A stretch of DNA of 64,000 bases from Chlamydiia bacterium (GTDB lineage: Bacteria > Chlamydiota > Chlamydiia > Chlamydiales > Rhabdochlamydiaceae): contig CAWDOQ010000004.1 in the NCBI GenBank assembly GCA_963804085.1, positions 1 through 64,000 on the forward strand, written 5' to 3'. Positions 29,449 through 40,993 of this stretch are shown here, piece after piece (position 1 is the stretch's first letter; every line of letters starts with the position of its first letter). The translations under genes were made by a program, and so were the position numbers. Below the pieces are notes generated by a model. The model saw only the letters and a list, made by a program, of their open reading frames with translations, had not been told where the DNA came from and ran no database searches.

Positions 29449-30312
29449 ATGACCTCTAGCATTAAAGCAGGTTGGACGCCTCTCTTTCCTAAGTATCCGT
29501 TTAGCGGAGATGGGACGGTTCTTGCTTTTCTCAATGCAAAAGAGGTCGCGGTTGTGCAGCGCGTAGCCAAGAGCTGGCTTAATCACCCTCGTTTTCTTCC
29601 TGCTAAAGAGCTTGCTGTTCGCGAGGATGCCCACTGCATAAAAGAGGGCTATCCTGAAGAGATGGTCAAAGCATTTCGCCTGCGCGGGCTTTCTCTTTGG
29701 CGCCTTCCTGTAATTGACATGAGTACAAGAGATTTCGATCTTTCTATTTTTCGTCTGCGATGGGCACATGAAGCGCCTGTTGGATGTTCTGCCATGCGCT
29801 TTACAAACCTAAAAGGCAGAGTAGGAGTGGCTCTTGAAGTTCATGGACATGCAGATGGTAGGATAGGTGCGCGGGGAGCAGATGACGGCGCTTGGTGGGA
29901 GATTGATCAACTACACGGTATTGTCTCTTTATACGACCTGGGTCATCACTACACCGAACCGGGTAATCCTTTGCATTCCTGGGGACACGATAGATTTTTT
30001 GGCGATGATGTTGCCGAAGCCTACTGGTCGAAGCATGAGCCGCACCACACTACAGGACAGAGGATGATCCGTTGTTCCACCTGTCCCACATTTGATTTTA
30101 CAAACACACATGGCTTGATAGACTTTACCCGCAGGATCCTCTCAAATACCGATCCCATCTTTAAACTTCACGATAAGGTGCTGCAAGTGGAAACGCCTTT
30201 GCCGGCGCCTGTTGCTGTTCCAGCAGAGACTGGCTTCTTCTCTTGCCTTGCAGCCTTTGCCGAATGGATTGTCAGCTTTGTTCGCTCTCTTCTTTCCCGT
30301 CTTGGATTTTAA
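29449..30312 (+). CDS. Tandem paralog family member 3
   Basis: LSLWRLPV, GRVG, CSTCPTF, TDPIFKL and SCLAAFAEWIV shared with members 1 and 2. Confidence 0.8.
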   Translation: MTSSIKAGWTPLFPKYPFSGDGTVLAFLNAKEVAVVQRVAKSWLNHPRFLPAKELAVREDAHCIKEGYPEEMVKAFRLRGLSLWRLPVIDMSTRDFDLSIFRLRWAHEAPVGCSAMRFTNLKGRVGVALEVHGHADGRIGARGADDGAWWEIDQLHGIVSLYDLGHHYTEPGNPLHSWGHDRFFGDDVAEAYWSKHEPHHTTGQRMIRCSTCPTFDFTNTHGLIDFTRRILSNTDPIFKLHDKVLQVETPLPAPVAVPAETGFFSCLAAFAEWIVSFVRSLLSRLGF

Positions 30313-30314
30313 TT

Positions 30315-30371
30315 CGTTACCGTCACCGTTACCGTTTTCCGTTTACCGATCCGGATTAATTCGGTAACGGG
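30315..30371. repeat. Hairpin element with family-A loop but (CGTTAC)n arms
   Basis: cgttac cgtcac cgttac cgtttt ccgtttaccga-tccggattaat-tcggtaacgg. Confidence 0.8.
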
Positions 30372-30374
30372 TTT

Positions 30375-31130
30375 TTAAGCAGACTTCTCGTCGTGCGTAT
30401 CACCGAGGTCCACTGCAGGCATGAACCGTTTGAAGGGTTGCAGGTATTGGTCGATCTGTCCCTGTGATTGGTTCAAGAGATTGTCAAGCATGTTTTTGAG
30501 GTTCTGCTGGATGAAGATCTGTTTGAGCATCTGTCCTAAAACAGAATCCATCAGCTGATCGATGGGGAAGCCGCCTGCGCTGTTGATGTTGTCTATCTCG
30601 ATCCTGTCGATGCGTGGCAGATGTTTAACCTTACCTCCCTCTTGGCGATAGACGATATCCGTATCGATATTGGTGAGGATCAGTTTTTTTATGAGGACGG
30701 TGCGCTCTTTGCCAGGCTTCTTCTCTTGTGTGTTTGCGGGTGGTTTCGTAGAGGATTCCACATTGCTCATGATGGTCGTCCAGTTGCCTTGGGTGCCCTT
30801 TGCATTTTCAAACTCTAAACCTAAGTAGATCTTGTCGATGTGGATCTCATCTATCACGATATCTTCGTTGAGATAACGCATGAGGGGAGCTTGTATGTCA
30901 ATTAGCTCGGATGAGAAGGCTTTGGAGAGAATAGAACCGCGAGGGTTGCCGATCTCAAGCTTACGCACTTTAATTGCTGCAGGGGAGAGGTTGATGTCAT
31001 CGATGGTAACGTTTACCTTCATCTTTTGTGACATGCGTGTCGCTAGCATGTCCGGAACACGGCTCCATGCTAAAAACAGAACGACTACAACGGCTACTAG
31101 TAGAACCACTATCCAAGATGCAAATTTCAT
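30375..31130 (-). CDS. AsmA-like membrane-anchored protein
   Basis: N-terminal TM anchor; beta-rich IGNPRG...NWTTI pattern. Confidence 0.65.
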   Translation of the reverse strand: MKFASWIVVLLVAVVVVLFLAWSRVPDMLATRMSQKMKVNVTIDDINLSPAAIKVRKLEIGNPRGSILSKAFSSELIDIQAPLMRYLNEDIVIDEIHIDKIYLGLEFENAKGTQGNWTTIMSNVESSTKPPANTQEKKPGKERTVLIKKLILTNIDTDIVYRQEGGKVKHLPRIDRIEIDNINSAGGFPIDQLMDSVLGQMLKQIFIQQNLKNMLDNLLNQSQGQIDQYLQPFKRFMPAVDLGDTHDEKSA

Positions 31131-31199
31131 AGGAGCGACCTCTTTTTATGGTCACATTATGAAAATTTATTTTAAATGGCAAGAAGTGCTTAGAAAATA

Positions 31200-31276
31200 C
31201 GCGCCCGCTTCCGCACCCGCATGCGCGCCCGAATTAATCCGGATCGGGCGCGCATGCGGGCGCGGAAGCGGGCGCG
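31200..31276. repeat. 77-bp hairpin element, family A copy 2
   Basis: Nearly identical to 27395-27471; directly after the groEL stop. Confidence 0.95.
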
Positions 31277-31284
31277 TATAAAGA

Positions 31285-33236
<1,952 letters not shown>

Positions 33237-33276
33237 ATTTTTTCTCTCCTTGTACTGACTAGTTTTGGAAATTGCG

Positions 33277-33305
33277 ATTCTAGCGGAAAGGCCTATTTTT
33301 GACAA
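33277..33305 (-). promoter_or_regulatory. Sigma66/sigma70-type promoter of groESL
   Basis: Minus strand TTGTCA-N17-TAGAAT. Confidence 0.7.
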
Positions 33306-33310
33306 TAGAT

Positions 33311-33337
33311 TTAGCACTGCAAAGCTTAAACTGCTAA
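33311..33337. promoter_or_regulatory. CIRCE element (HrcA operator)
   Basis: TTAGCACTG-N9-AACTGCTAA versus consensus TTAGCACTC-N9-GAGTGCTAA, adjacent to the groES -35 box. Confidence 0.8.
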
Positions 33338-33339
33338 TC

Positions 33340-33368
33340 TTGACAGGAACGAATTTTAAAAGTAGGCT
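33340..33368 (+). promoter_or_regulatory. Promoter of pepF
   Basis: TTGACA-N17-TAGGCT. Confidence 0.65.
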
Positions 33369-33396
33369 CTAATTTTTTACTTGAGAAGGAAGGAAT

Positions 33397-35250
33397 ATGG
33401 GAACTGCTATTGCCACACCGATTATAGAGCCTAAAGAGACGCCCGATCGCGACAAGGTCGCATTAGATGACCGCTGGAACGTTGAAGCGCTCTATCCCTC
33501 TTTCAATCAGTGGGAAGAGGATCTACAAACATGGGGAAGAGAGAGCCAAAAGAAGCCCAGATGGCCTGAAGTGACAAACTTTAAGGGGCAGCTCGCTCGA
33601 TCTGAAAATGAGATCGCCTCTCTATTAAAAAATATTTTTAATATCGAAAGGCATCTTTCGAAGCTCTATACCTATGCGCACCTGAGGCACGATGAGGATG
33701 TGGCGCACGATCTACATAAAAAAAATCATGCCCGCATCTCAGCCCTCCTATACGACTTTAAAGAGGAGACCTCCTGGATCGAACCGGAGATTCTCCAGAT
33801 ACCTGAAGGCAAGCTTAACGCTTATTTAAAGAGCGAGCAGCTAAAAGAGTATCGGATCTATCTAGAAAAGATCATTCGCCAAAAACCGCACACGCTCTCT
33901 TATGAACAAGAGGAGCTAATGGCGCTCGCAGGTAAGGCTTTAGAGAGCTCTTCTAAGGCGTTTAGCGCATTCAATAACGCAGATGTAAAGTTTGCGATGG
34001 CAGAAGATAGCCAGGGGCGCAAATTAGAACTCACGCACGGAAAGTTTTTGGTCTACCTGCGCGAACGCGATCGCAAATTAAGACAGAGCGCCTTTGAGAA
34101 TATTTATGCGAGCTATGGCGCATACGAGAACACGCTATGCGAGATGATAAATGGAGAGATGCAAGGCCACCTCTTTAATGCGCGCGCGCGCAAATACTCC
34201 TCATGCTTAGAAGCTGCCCTCTTTCCTCATCAGATAGACACACGCGTCTACAAGACACTGATCGAAACAGTGCGCAAAAATATTCAAGTGCTCCATCGTT
34301 ATGTCGCTCTTCGTAAAAAACTGCTCGGATATAGCGAGCTGCATCTTTACGATCTGCATGTTCCTTTGGTTCATGATGTGAATTTGTCGATGGACTACCC
34401 AAAAGCAGTAAAAGAGATCGTAGCCTCTGTTGCGCCGCTTGGAAAAGAGTACCAGAAAGATCTAGAAGAGGGGCTGAAGACTAAACGCTGGGTAGATAAG
34501 TATGAAAATACGCGTAAGCGCTCCGGTGCATACTCCAGCGGCTGTTACGACAGCATGCCCTATATTCTGATGAACTACCATGGCACATTAAACGATGTAC
34601 TCACCCTTGCACACGAAGCTGGCCACAGTATGCACAGTTTGCTTAGCGGCCGTAACCAGCCCTACCACTATTCGCACTATCCTATCTTTGTGGCGGAGGT
34701 CGCTTCGACCTTCAACGAGGAGCTTCTCTTGCACGATCTCTTAAAGCATACCAAAGAGAAGGAGAAGCGCGCGTTTCTCATCAACCAGAAGATCGAAGAT
34801 ATCCGCTCAACCTTCTTTCGCCAGACGATGTTTGCCGAGTTTGAGCTGCGTCTGCATGAGTGGGTAGAGGCGGGAGTGCCGCTCACGCCTACGATGCTGA
34901 AGCAAGAGTACCGCAAGCTCAATGCATTTTACTTTGGGCCCGATCTGGTAATCGATGAGGCGATCGACGTCGAATGGGCGCGCATCCCACATTTTTATTA
35001 CAATTTTTACGTTTATCAGTATGCTACTGGCATCAGCGCAGCGCATGCACTAGTGGAGCGCGTAATACAAGGCGATGTTGCAGCAAAAGAGGCCTACTTG
35101 CGCTTCTTATCTTCGGGATCAAGCCGTTATCCTGTGGAGCTTCTTGCACTTGCAGGCGTTGATATGAAGAGTGGCGAGGCGATAGAATCCACCATCCGCC
35201 ATTTCGAAGCGCTGGTAGAAGAACTTGAAGGTTTGTTGGGTACAAAATGA
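33397..35250 (+). CDS. pepF: Oligoendopeptidase F (M3B)
   Basis: HEAGHSMH zinc motif, KRSGAYS, WARIPHFYYNFYVYQYATG. Confidence 0.96.
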   Translation: MGTAIATPIIEPKETPDRDKVALDDRWNVEALYPSFNQWEEDLQTWGRESQKKPRWPEVTNFKGQLARSENEIASLLKNIFNIERHLSKLYTYAHLRHDEDVAHDLHKKNHARISALLYDFKEETSWIEPEILQIPEGKLNAYLKSEQLKEYRIYLEKIIRQKPHTLSYEQEELMALAGKALESSSKAFSAFNNADVKFAMAEDSQGRKLELTHGKFLVYLRERDRKLRQSAFENIYASYGAYENTLCEMINGEMQGHLFNARARKYSSCLEAALFPHQIDTRVYKTLIETVRKNIQVLHRYVALRKKLLGYSELHLYDLHVPLVHDVNLSMDYPKAVKEIVASVAPLGKEYQKDLEEGLKTKRWVDKYENTRKRSGAYSSGCYDSMPYILMNYHGTLNDVLTLAHEAGHSMHSLLSGRNQPYHYSHYPIFVAEVASTFNEELLLHDLLKHTKEKEKRAFLINQKIEDIRSTFFRQTMFAEFELRLHEWVEAGVPLTPTMLKQEYRKLNAFYFGPDLVIDEAIDVEWARIPHFYYNFYVYQYATGISAAHALVERVIQGDVAAKEAYLRFLSSGSSRYPVELLALAGVDMKSGEAIESTIRHFEALVEELEGLLGTK

Positions 35251-35528
35251 CACAGAAGAAGAGTAAAGGCACATTCATCGTCATCAACGAAAAGGGGCTG
35301 CACACGCGCCCCTCGACCGAGCTTGTCAAGTGCGCCACATCCTTTAAGTCGCAAGTGACGCTCTCCTATCACGACATGAATGTGAGCGCAAAATCCATTC
35401 TCGGCATCCTGATGCTGGCGGCCGCTCGCGGCGCCAAGATCCTAGTCGAAGCCGAAGGCGACGACTCTGAAGAGGCGGTGAAGTCTATTTGCGCACTCGC
35501 TCGCAGCAAATTCCATATTAAGTATTAA
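35247..35528 (+). CDS. ptsH: Phosphocarrier protein HPr
   Basis: GLHTRP and AKSILGILML. Confidence 0.93.
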   Translation: MTQKKSKGTFIVINEKGLHTRPSTELVKCATSFKSQVTLSYHDMNVSAKSILGILMLAAARGAKILVEAEGDDSEEAVKSICALARSKFHIKY

Positions 35529-35529
35529 G

Positions 35530-35687
35530 ACCCCTAGTGGACGAAGTGGACAGAAGAGCGGTGGACTTTAGTGGACGATGTGGACGGGGATCTCTTCCGG
35601 CTCTTCTTCTTGGCGCTGTCCACAAAGTCCACTAAAGTCCACATCGTCCACTAAAGTCCACAAATCTGCGCCAGTCCACTTGGGGTT
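35530..35687. repeat. Hairpin element family D (GTGGAC/GTCCAC units, about 9-bp period)
   Basis: 5 gtggac units facing 6 gtccac units, bounded by acccc..ggggt; between convergent genes. Confidence 0.85.
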
Positions 35688-36100
35688 ATTCTTCAACAGC
35701 AATCGCTTTATCCAGAACAGCCTTTCTACAAAAAACCGGAGTATTGTACTTCAGGGCGAGTGTAATACAATCAGAGGGTCTTGCGTCGATCTCGACGATG
35801 TGGCGCTCGTCGCCGCATCTTTTTTTCTAGGAAGAGGCGTGCGAAGTAGACTGTGTCTTCGACATCATGGATCACCACTTGGAGCAGCTCTATCTCAAAG
35901 CCGGTAAAGATCGAGCCAATTAGATCGTATGTGAGAGGGCGGGGATGGGTCTCTTCGGCGAGCTGCATCTGGATGTTCTCCCCGACGAGCGGATCGGTGT
36001 AGATAGCAAACTTCTTCTCAGGCGTTCCCATGATGATTACAGTATAGGAGCTCGCTTGCATGATCTTATGAAATGCGATGGGCACAAGGTCTTTTGCCAT
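35686..36100 (-). CDS. Bifunctional nuclease (DUF151) family protein; frameshift near 35815
   Basis: PRPLTYDL and YFARL, then IDARPSDCITLAL...AVEE* in a shifted frame ending at 35686. Confidence 0.75.
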
Positions 36101-36109
36101 AACTGTATA

Positions 36110-36787
36110 TTAGTTACGGGTGACAATTTGTCCATCGGAAAAACCGATCATGACTCGGCCGGCTAGATTGAAGAAAAACCCGGTGTCGACGATGCCCGGG
36201 ATTGTAAGAAGAGTCTCTTCGTCCTCTTCAGGGTAGGAGCGGGGTGTGTCAAACTCGATATCGAAGATGTTGTTGCCATTATCAGTGACAAGAAGCTTGC
36301 CCTCTTTTGTTTTGCGCCAGGTGCCCTTGTACCCCTTTTTTTCTATCTGATTTAGGGTGGAAGCTCTTCCAAATGGGAGGATCTCGACCGGAAGAGGACG
36401 GCTGCCTAGCTGCGTGACCAGTTTGCTCTCCTCAATGATCACAACCATCTCGCGGCTCATGGAAGCTACAATCTTTTCGCGTACAAACGCAGCGCCCGCT
36501 CCTTTGATCATCCTCTTTTGGGCATCGACTTCGTCGGCGCCGTCTACTGTTATGTCGAGATGGGAGATTGTGTGGATGTCTAAGAGAGGAATCCCTCCTT
36601 TTTTTGCCAAATCCGCTGACGCTTGAGAACTCGCAACCGCTTGAATGGAAAGCTTCTCTTTTTTGCAGCGTTCGCTTAAACGCGCGATAAAAAACGCAGC
36701 GGTAGTGCCGCTGCCAAGGCCAACGAGCATCCCATTTTGGATAAGCTCGGCTGCGCGCTCACCTAACGCTTTTTTAATTGGATCCAT
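36110..36787 (-). CDS. rpiA: Ribose-5-phosphate isomerase A
   Basis: GLGSGTT, DGADEVD, IKGAGAA..REKIV, TDNGN. Confidence 0.96.
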   Translation of the reverse strand: MDPIKKALGERAAELIQNGMLVGLGSGTTAAFFIARLSERCKKEKLSIQAVASSQASADLAKKGGIPLLDIHTISHLDITVDGADEVDAQKRMIKGAGAAFVREKIVASMSREMVVIIEESKLVTQLGSRPLPVEILPFGRASTLNQIEKKGYKGTWRKTKEGKLLVTDNGNNIFDIEFDTPRSYPEEDEETLLTIPGIVDTGFFFNLAGRVMIGFSDGQIVTRN

Positions 36788-36870
36788 AGATTCATGTTGC
36801 TCTATGAGAAATTAGCAAGCAAGGGTAAAAAAGTTGCACAAAATAGGCGAGGAGCTTACTTTGAAAAAGT

Positions 36871-37182
36871 ATGAATAAGTTTGCCGAAGAGAGTCCCAAA
36901 ACACAAAAAGCTCGCAAGAAGCTGCAAAAGCAGCTGGATGCGGTGGACAAGATGATCACGTCGCAAGCGCTCGAAAGGAAAGCGATCGAAATCCATCGCT
37001 GGATTGCTCGCCATGCCTCTAATAGAGTCGTTTTGCGGACAAAAGCGATCTCTCTTTTCGATGAGAATCAGAATGCAGCTTCGGAGAGCCAGAAGGTCGC
37101 TCAGCTGGTCGATCAGATTAGAAATGCCAACCCACCCGCATCAAATCCCTCCCTGAAAAAAGATCTTTTCTCTATTCTCTAA
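36871..37182 (+). CDS. Hypothetical protein
   Basis: ORF ends 3 bp before tyrS. Confidence 0.55.
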   Translation: MNKFAEESPKTQKARKKLQKQLDAVDKMITSQALERKAIEIHRWIARHASNRVVLRTKAISLFDENQNAASESQKVAQLVDQIRNANPPASNPSLKKDLFSIL

Positions 37183-37185
37183 GAG

Positions 37186-38505
37186 ATGAATATCATTGAT
37201 TGTCTGAAAGAGCGCGGGTTTGTCGACGCAATCACAAGCGAAGAGCTGCGTGTATTGGCCAAAAATCCGCTTAAAATTTACGTCGGCTTCGATCCTACGG
37301 CTGATAGCCTCCATCTTGGCAACTTAGTCGGCATCGTGGCGCTAGCTTGGTTTCAACGCTTTGGACACACCCCTTACGTCATTTTGGGGGGAGCTACAGG
37401 CAGAATCGGCGACCCATCGGGAAAGAGCGTCGAAAGACCTCTTTTAGATGAGCAGACAATCGCCTCAAACGTAGAGAGAATTCGTCAGCATTTTCTCCAC
37501 ATCTTAGATTTTTCTACTCCTAAAACGTCTCCTGTTATTTTAAACAACGATACCTGGTTTGCTAAATATGCGCTGATCGATTTTTTGCGCGATATTGGCA
37601 AACACTTTCGTGTGGGGCCTATGCTGGCCAAAGAGAGCATCCGCTCGCGCCTCAATTCGGAGGAGGGGATCAGCTACACAGAATTTAGCTATCTGCTTCT
37701 GCAGGCTTACGACTTCTACCATCTCTATGAGAAAGAGGGTGTCGTGGTCCAGATGGGCGGAAGCGATCAGTGGGGAAATATCACAGCGGGAATCGATCTG
37801 ATTCGTAAGTTGAAAGGGGAGAGCGCCTACGGTCTTACTTTCCCGCTACTTACGCGCAGCGACGGTAAAAAATTTGGCAAGACGGAGCAGGGGACGATCT
37901 GGCTTGCGCCCGACCGCTGTTCTCCCTACCAGTTCTATCAGTATATCGTCCGGCTTCCCGATGCAGACGTGACCAAGCTGATGCGCCTTCTCACCTTCAT
38001 GGACATGGAGGAGATCCGCGCCTACGAAAAGAAGATGCAAGAGCCGGACTACCTGAGCAACTCTGCACAGAGAAGGCTAGCAGAGGAGATCACCCGCATT
38101 GTCCATGGAGAAGAGGGGCTCGCTGCAGCTCTTCGCGCAACAGAGGGCGCCGCTCCCGGATCTACGGCTGCGTTAGACCCTGCTGTTTTAAAAGAGATCG
38201 CTAAAGACATGCCCAATGTTTCTCTTACAAAAGCGGATGTGGTAGGAAAGAAGTATGTCGATCTATGCGTAAAGATCGGGCTTCAGTCCAGCAAAGGAGA
38301 GGCGGTGCGTCTCATCACAAACGGGGGCGCTTATCTCAACAACGTCAAGATCGAGGATCAAAACCTCCTTGTAACAGCAGATGATCTCGTAGGTGGAGAG
38401 TTTCTTCTTTTCGCCGCCGGCAAAAAGAAAAAAATCTCGTTCGAATTGCTTAATCTTTTTATCGCGCCCGCTTCCGCGCCCGCATGCGCGCCCGATCCGG
38501 ATTAA
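37186..38505 (+). CDS. tyrS: Tyrosine--tRNA ligase (true stop probably 38453; see rejected list)
   Basis: GFDPTADSLHLGN, GGSDQWGNI, KFGKT, S4 domain. Confidence 0.97.
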   Translation: MNIIDCLKERGFVDAITSEELRVLAKNPLKIYVGFDPTADSLHLGNLVGIVALAWFQRFGHTPYVILGGATGRIGDPSGKSVERPLLDEQTIASNVERIRQHFLHILDFSTPKTSPVILNNDTWFAKYALIDFLRDIGKHFRVGPMLAKESIRSRLNSEEGISYTEFSYLLLQAYDFYHLYEKEGVVVQMGGSDQWGNITAGIDLIRKLKGESAYGLTFPLLTRSDGKKFGKTEQGTIWLAPDRCSPYQFYQYIVRLPDADVTKLMRLLTFMDMEEIRAYEKKMQEPDYLSNSAQRRLAEEITRIVHGEEGLAAALRATEGAAPGSTAALDPAVLKEIAKDMPNVSLTKADVVGKKYVDLCVKIGLQSSKGEAVRLITNGGAYLNNVKIEDQNLLVTADDLVGGEFLLFAAGKKKKISFELLNLFIAPASAPACAPDPD

Positions 38506-38539
38506 TTCGGGCGCGCATGCGGGCGCGGAAGCGGGCGCG
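38463..38539. repeat. 77-bp hairpin element, family A copy 3 (inverted loop orientation)
   Basis: Same arms as the other copies; loop reads TCCGGATTAAT. Confidence 0.95.
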
Positions 38540-38541
38540 AT

Positions 38542-38623
38542 AAGAAAAGTCGGAAGAGATCCCCGTCCACCTCGTCCACTAAAGTCCAGAGATCTTCTGT
38601 CCACTCCGTCCACTTGGGGTCTT
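38542..38623. repeat. Family D half element
   Basis: Reverse complement closely matches 35527-35609 (accccaagtggac..ggactttagtggac..gtggacggggatctcttccg). Confidence 0.85.
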
Positions 38624-38695
38624 CTTTCAAACAAAATACTTGCTTGAAAATCAACGTGATACAACAATGAGCTTGTAAATCAAGGAGACTCCTGT

Positions 38696-39016
38696 ATGAC
38701 GACGATCACAAAGAAAAAGCTCATCCAAGTCATCTCGCAAGATAGAGGTGTACATCCCAACGATGTGCGCAATGTTATCCAAGCTTTTTTGGATGCGATG
38801 ACCGATACTCTTTCTAAAGGTGACCGTTTGGAGTTCCGCGATTTTGGAGTCTTTGAAATTGTCGAGCGCAAACAGAAGATCGGCCGCAATCCTAAAAATG
38901 CCGCTGTTCCCATTATCATCCCCGCGCGCAGAGCCGTAAAATTCACCCCCGGTAAGAAGATGCGCAAGCTCATCGAAAAAGGGCATGCCCAGCGCCCCCA
39001 GCATCCGACAATTTAA
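38696..39016 (+). CDS. ihfA: Integration host factor/HU family DNA-binding protein
   Basis: LEFRDFGVFE..GRNPK..VKFTPGK; AAGGAG RBS. Confidence 0.92.
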   Translation: MTTITKKKLIQVISQDRGVHPNDVRNVIQAFLDAMTDTLSKGDRLEFRDFGVFEIVERKQKIGRNPKNAAVPIIIPARRAVKFTPGKKMRKLIEKGHAQRPQHPTI

Positions 39017-39076
39017 TTTTTTGCTAACCATCGTCTAATGGGTTGAATTTTATTCGGAATTATTGATAATTACCCC

Positions 39077-40000
39077 ATGTCGTTTCCTAAAGTTGTATTA
39101 ATCAGCTCTCTTTTGATTTTTACGGCAATTGGAGGAGTCGCTCTCTTCAAAAAAAGAGACGCTACACCTACCAATAAGGCTCTACCTGCCCAGATTGTCT
39201 CTGAAGAGGCACTGGCTGTTTCCTTGCCTGTGCCCAGCTTATCTCAAATTCCTTTTGACACACTTCCTGAGATCGACCGTATATTTCAACTTTTTACTAC
39301 CGGTCCTAAAAAATTACCTATTGTAGAAACGGTCACTTATTCCAGTTCCGTGCCTTGGCTTAAAGGGCGGCCCGCTTGGATAGCCGACTATGCAGCCCAC
39401 TTTGCAACCTCCCGCCACTTTATCGCGCGCAGCTTAAATGGCAAGCCCGACTACTTCACCCAAAAGGTAATAACCGGCAGTCAGTTTAACGTCTTTCGCA
39501 AAGATAGACCTCTCCATTTTTATCTTCTGGTCGATCTTGCGCACTGCAAAATGGGGTTCTACTATGTAGACCTCACCACGCAAGAGCGGGTTCTGCTTAA
39601 AACCTACCGAGTTGCAGTGGGGCGTCCTGATGCGCAAACTCCTATTGGCACCTATCCTTTGGGTAACCGCATAGCAGTCTACCAGCCCGGCATGATCGGT
39701 AAATTCTACGGACAGGATCGGGAGATGGTGAGTGTTTTTGGATCGCGCTGGATCCCTTTTGGCGAAAAAGGGTTTGGTATCCACGGTATGCCGTGGGAGC
39801 TGGATGCGCGCACTGGAGAGTTTGTAGAAAAAAAAGAGTTGCTCGGCAAGCAGTCGAGTGGAGGGAGCCTCTCTTTGGCAAAAGAGGATATGGAAGAGCT
39901 CTTTTCTATTGTCATCACCAAGCCGGCCTACGTGGTCGTTGTAAAAGATTTTAAAGAAGCTCAATTACCCGGTGTCGAAGTAGCGACGCCTACACACTAA
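39077..40000 (+). CDS. L,D-transpeptidase (YkuD)-like protein; catalytic Cys replaced by Ser
   Basis: TYRVAVGR, TPIG, GSRWI and GIHG motifs; SSGGSLSL where SxGCxR is expected. Confidence 0.7.
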   Translation: MSFPKVVLISSLLIFTAIGGVALFKKRDATPTNKALPAQIVSEEALAVSLPVPSLSQIPFDTLPEIDRIFQLFTTGPKKLPIVETVTYSSSVPWLKGRPAWIADYAAHFATSRHFIARSLNGKPDYFTQKVITGSQFNVFRKDRPLHFYLLVDLAHCKMGFYYVDLTTQERVLLKTYRVAVGRPDAQTPIGTYPLGNRIAVYQPGMIGKFYGQDREMVSVFGSRWIPFGEKGFGIHGMPWELDARTGEFVEKKELLGKQSSGGSLSLAKEDMEELFSIVITKPAYVVVVKDFKEAQLPGVEVATPTH

Positions 40001-40024
40001 AATGGCACTAAAAAAGGGTTATAA

Positions 40025-40993
40025 ATGTTAGCGCACGAGAAGCAGATTTTAGAATACCAGAAGACGATGGCTCAAGTGAAAGAGCAGAACAAGGGCAATG
40101 CGCTCTGGTCGGAAGATGAGCTTAAAAAGCTGGAGAAAAAGCTCGAGCAGCTTAAAAAGCGCGTCTATACCAATCTCACTCCGTGGGAGAGGGTAGCTAT
40201 CTGCCGCCATCCTGCTCGTCCGCGCTCTATCGACTACATCAAAAATATCTGTGATAGTTTTACAGAACTCTGTGGAGACCGCTTGTTTCGTGACGATCGC
40301 TCTATCATCGCAGGTCTTGCTAAGATCGGCGGTGTGAAATTTATGGTCATCGGCCAAGAGAAGGGGTGCGACACAGAGAGCCGCCTCCATCGCAATTTTG
40401 GCATGCCTCATCCCGAAGGTTATCGCAAAGCAATGCGCTGCATGCGCCTTGCCGCTAAGTTCCGCTTGCCGGTTCTGACCCTGCTCGATACGCCCGGTGC
40501 CTATCCGGGACTGGCAGCGGAGGAGAGGGGACAGGGTTGGGCGATAGCTCAAAACCTGTGGGAGATGGCGCGCCTACCTACGCCTATCCTTGTGCTTCTA
40601 GTCGGCGAAGGCTGCTCGGGTGGGGCCCTCGGCATGGGGATTGGGGACCAGGTGGCGATGCTTGAGCACGCCTACTACTCGGTGATCTCGCCCGAAGGGT
40701 GCGCGTCGATCCTCTGGAAAGATGCGGGTAAAAACGAGCAGGCGGCGGGTGCTCTTAAGATGCACGCTGAAGATCTTCTTGACCTAGAAATAATCGATGA
40801 TATGATCGAAGAGCCTCTAGGCGGTGCGCACCACGATCCGAAGGTCGTGTTTGCAAACGTAAAGGAGTATGTCTTGCAAAAGTGGCAGATGCTGAAAAAG
40901 ATCCCACTAGAAGACCTGCTCGAACAGCGCTACCAGAAATTTCGTAAAATCGGGAAATATGAGATTACTTCTCCAGGCAGCCCTACGAAGTAA
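40025..40993 (+). CDS. accA: Acetyl-CoA carboxylase carboxyltransferase alpha subunit
   Basis: [27 protein letters not shown]. Confidence 0.97.
   Translation: MLAHEKQILEYQKTMAQVKEQNKGNALWSEDELKKLEKKLEQLKKRVYTNLTPWERVAICRHPARPRSIDYIKNICDSFTELCGDRLFRDDRSIIAGLAKIGGVKFMVIGQEKGCDTESRLHRNFGMPHPEGYRKAMRCMRLAAKFRLPVLTLLDTPGAYPGLAAEERGQGWAIAQNLWEMARLPTPILVLLVGEGCSGGALGMGIGDQVAMLEHAYYSVISPEGCASILWKDAGKNEQAAGALKMHAEDLLDLEIIDDMIEEPLGGAHHDPKVVFANVKEYVLQKWQMLKKIPLEDLLEQRYQKFRKIGKYEITSPGSPTK

Noticed and set aside
30880-31281. ORFs containing APASAPACAPELIRIGRACGRGSGR (also 38263-38667)
   Set aside because: These are translations of the family A repeat, antisense to real genes.
38430-38505. tyrS C-terminus apparently extended into a repeat element (IAPASAPACAPDPD)
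   Set aside because: Restoring one base gives a normal ending KKKILVRIA* at 38451-38453. More likely an indel than repeat exaptation.
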